Shown here: positions 62,801 through 64,000 of the stretch, one piece after another | Numbering within the stretch: position 1 is the stretch's first letter | Layout of the letters: every line of letters begins with the position of its first letter | Assembly (NCBI GenBank): GCA_965223545.1 | Contig: OZ245006.1 | Span: forward strand, 7,136,001 to 7,200,000 | From: Planctomycetota bacterium | GTDB lineage: Bacteria; Planctomycetota; UBA1135; UBA2386 | Direction: 5' to 3' | Length of the DNA stretch: 64,000 nucleotides | Made by a program: the position numbers and the translations under genes | The notes under the pieces: generated by a model | Database searches by the model: none | The model's input: the letters and a program-made list of their open reading frames with translations, nothing else | What the model was told of the DNA's origin: nothing

Positions 62801-63890
62801 GGGCGGTCTCCTCGCGCAGCAGCACGAGCAGCTCTTCGATCGCGTGGCCATCCTGCAGGGCGCGTTGCGCGATTCCGCCGAGGAGTGCGACCTGTTCGCT
62901 CTTCAGCTCCGCGGGCGCCGCCGCCAGCAGCCCGACGAGGTCTTGGAAGTCGAAGGTGTTCTGCTCCAGCAGGTTGGCGGGGACGCGGTTGTTGCCGCCG
63001 GCGCGGGGCGCGGTCGGCAGCGCCTTGAGCAGTTGCTCGTACAGCTGCATCGCCTGCTTCTCCTCGAACTCGTCCAACGTCTCTCCGACCCGCACCCAGC
63101 GGCCCAGAGTCACGTGGCGCTGGTAGAGCTCGAGCTCGGCCTTCTTCTTCTCGGCTTGCAGCTCGGTGAGCTCCTTCTGCCAGGCGGCGAGCTCGGGGTC
63201 GGCGGCCGGCTGGGGAGCGGGCGTCGGCGTCGCGGTGGGCGCCGCCGTGGCCGGCTCTGCCGGGGTGGGCGCGGCCTCGGCGGTGCTCGGCGTTTCCTCC
63301 ACCGTGGGGTCGGCCGCCGGTGGTGTTGTCGGTTGGGCCGGAACGAACACGCCGGTCGCAGCCGAGGTGCTCGGCGCGAGCGTGAGCGTGCCCGCGGGCG
63401 TCGCTGGTTCCTCGCCGCCTACCGGCGCGGGCTCGGTGGCCTCGGGTCCTTCGGTGATGGTCGAGGGTGCGTCCGCGTCGTCCTCGCTCGGCGGCGTTTG
63501 CGCGCCGGTGCCCTCGCCCGGTGTCTGCGCCGGCGTGGCGGTGCCGAGCTCCTTCTGCCGGGCTTCGATCTTGGCCTGCAGCGCGTCGATCTTCTCCTGG
63601 ATCGAGGCTGGGCTCTCCGGCTCGGCGGCCGCCCACGCGGCGAGCCTAGCGGAAGGCCGGCGGTCGAACTTGAGCTGCATCATCGGCTGCAGCCTGGGGT
63701 CGGGCGGGGCGTCGGTCGCTGCCGCTGCCGGAGCCGGCCCACCGCCCTGGACGATGCTCACGGCCGGGGTGCCCGGCGCGGTGACGACGCGGCCGGGCAG
63801 ACTGCGGATGATGACGGGCTGCTGGGCGGTGACCGTGGTCACCGCGCCGAGCGCGAGGAGACCGGCGAGACATTGGAGCGAAGCGTGCAT
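59802..63890 (-). CDS. Large secreted, C-terminally membrane-anchored hypothetical protein (1362 aa; helical-repeat core)
   Basis: Signal peptide ending VTA|QQ, Pro/Ala/Thr linker, long helical region, beta-rich C-terminal part, and TM WPWLVGGALLLALLALLLW followed by a short tail. Confidence 0.8.
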   Translation of the reverse strand: MHASLQCLAGLLALGAVTTVTAQQPVIIRSLPGRVVTAPGTPAVSIVQGGGPAPAAAATDAPPDPRLQPMMQLKFDRRPSARLAAWAAAEPESPASIQEKIDALQAKIEARQKELGTATPAQTPGEGTGAQTPPSEDDADAPSTITEGPEATEPAPVGGEEPATPAGTLTLAPSTSAATGVFVPAQPTTPPAADPTVEETPSTAEAAPTPAEPATAAPTATPTPAPQPAADPELAAWQKELTELQAEKKKAELELYQRHVTLGRWVRVGETLDEFEEKQAMQLYEQLLKALPTAPRAGGNNRVPANLLEQNTFDFQDLVGLLAAAPAELKSEQVALLGGIAQRALQDGHAIEELLVLLREETARDQAERVVQDRHAALLLAATGNDRFLGEFLPDREAAVAANDREALNLLSRYHLALYGREQKVAHLEDAWHIVQAALADGEIEEDAKQEALRRAVELAPKIREELGEAWLAESFTERPERGMEVIATIGAQASKAMETHAQATSWRLTGLQLQQTAVEALLGRAPERAREWRPSLNLLAANWLAEANHAYRFSSAESLGPRMQRDAYGNIFYIGYSGNRGPQSPVRAIDPGELLKITPSEAWQAQLDDSLTPRFATVVAKLYLKVNEEALAFPFIEKLAATHAEAAGELAEEFLRVWTKNHNPNSNNMTDPYMFMYGFNQRANGIPLTRSKQQRNLKDLAGWVRKLRSLPIEDLDEQLLVSAFTASHSQAEVYRLEAVREVFGELDAIEPQTLAKLVQQMRSNLVSVWRQPAVQEQNKTKRRQKDLQQEVLRGYSVAREVIAQALTRHPDEWALHVADAALAHDENDFRQEAQKSSEFAPRRLAALQQFVEAARLYTEATTDMSQEDESTEAFETWFYAALGSCELSQLDERSTAVPRHIGMIRDSLAALPGEIGERHRAKFASSLFNRLSAVRPQVKHRYLEHGFAIVGDHPAAHEARKVFDYYSDLVTEIQLVANVDGDSRVGTEPFGVRIDLRHTREIERESGGFAKYLQNQNNTPYAYNYGRPTENYRDKFQEAASRALMEHFEVLSVTFNSEDVHSKATEEYGWRVTPYAYLLLRARGPQIDTIPTLQLDMDFLDTSGYAVLPVGSAPVAIDASSTVAEPRPYEDLEVTQILDERRADEGVLVLEIKGTAKGLVPDLEEIVDLAPSEFDVQKVDDRGVLVSQFDEGQEAVISERTWMVTLQAKPGLPAHPTTFEFAEATDSLTEVVYQRYADADLVTAERVANLDERYGEPSSRWPWLVGGALLLALLALLLWHGLRSARRAPVAAGRTLPDTITPFTVLGLLRDLQRCGGLSDATHGELRQTIDDIERRYFGNDEPGDGDDLRRVAEDWLRRAG

Positions 63891-63922
63891 GCGAGTTCGG
63901 CGGTTCGCTTGAAAGGGGGTGG

Positions 63923-63967
63923 AAAGAGAAACGGCGGCGGGCGCGAAGTCGTTCCGCGCCGCCGCCG
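63923..63967 (-). terminator. Intrinsic terminator-like hairpin of an upstream (off-window) minus-strand gene
   Basis: GC-rich stem CGGCGGCGG/CCGCCGCCG followed on the minus strand by TTTCTCTTT. A TGA at 63972-63970 lies just before it. Confidence 0.65.
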
Positions 63968-64000
63968 GGTCATGGTTGGGGGCAGGTCTGGGTCGAGACG

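Overview
This is a very GC-rich (roughly 70%, estimated by eye) bacterial chromosomal window, probably from an uncultured Planctomycetota lineage. That assignment is inferred from the ECF sigma factor with a long C-terminal extension, DUF1080, a sulfatase and many lineage-style secreted proteins. Housekeeping genes: gatCAB, a prkA(yeaG)-yeaH-spoVR(ycgB) operon, class II ribonucleotide reductase nrdJ with tandem NrdR-like boxes, dacB-suhB, ppk1, a NUDIX hydrolase and comF. Main accessory or unusual content: (1) an IS110-family element bounded by 14-bp inverted repeats, with end hairpins and a structured upstream non-coding region (bridge-RNA candidate), inserted into the 3' end of a metallophosphoesterase gene; (2) a DUF3179 selenoprotein split by an in-frame UGA followed by a SECIS-like hairpin; (3) tandem glutaminyl-cyclase-like M28 genes in a window where most predicted signal-peptidase-I substrates start with Gln, a possible 'Q-rule' system outside Bacteroidota; (4) a translationally coupled operon of an Ig-repeat zinc-protease lipoprotein, a HEAT-like secreted protein and a protein built from RNA-polymerase-like modules (2x alpha-CTD, sigma region 4, several winged helices); (5) adjacent apparent pseudoenzymes (PLP fold II without its Schiff-base Lys, GmhB-like without its catalytic Asp residues); (6) a recurrent C-terminal module in secreted proteins; (7) a frameshifted metallopeptidase; (8) low-GC orphan genes. 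No rRNA, tRNA or CRISPR array was seen. All family assignments come from motif recognition by eye, not database searches.
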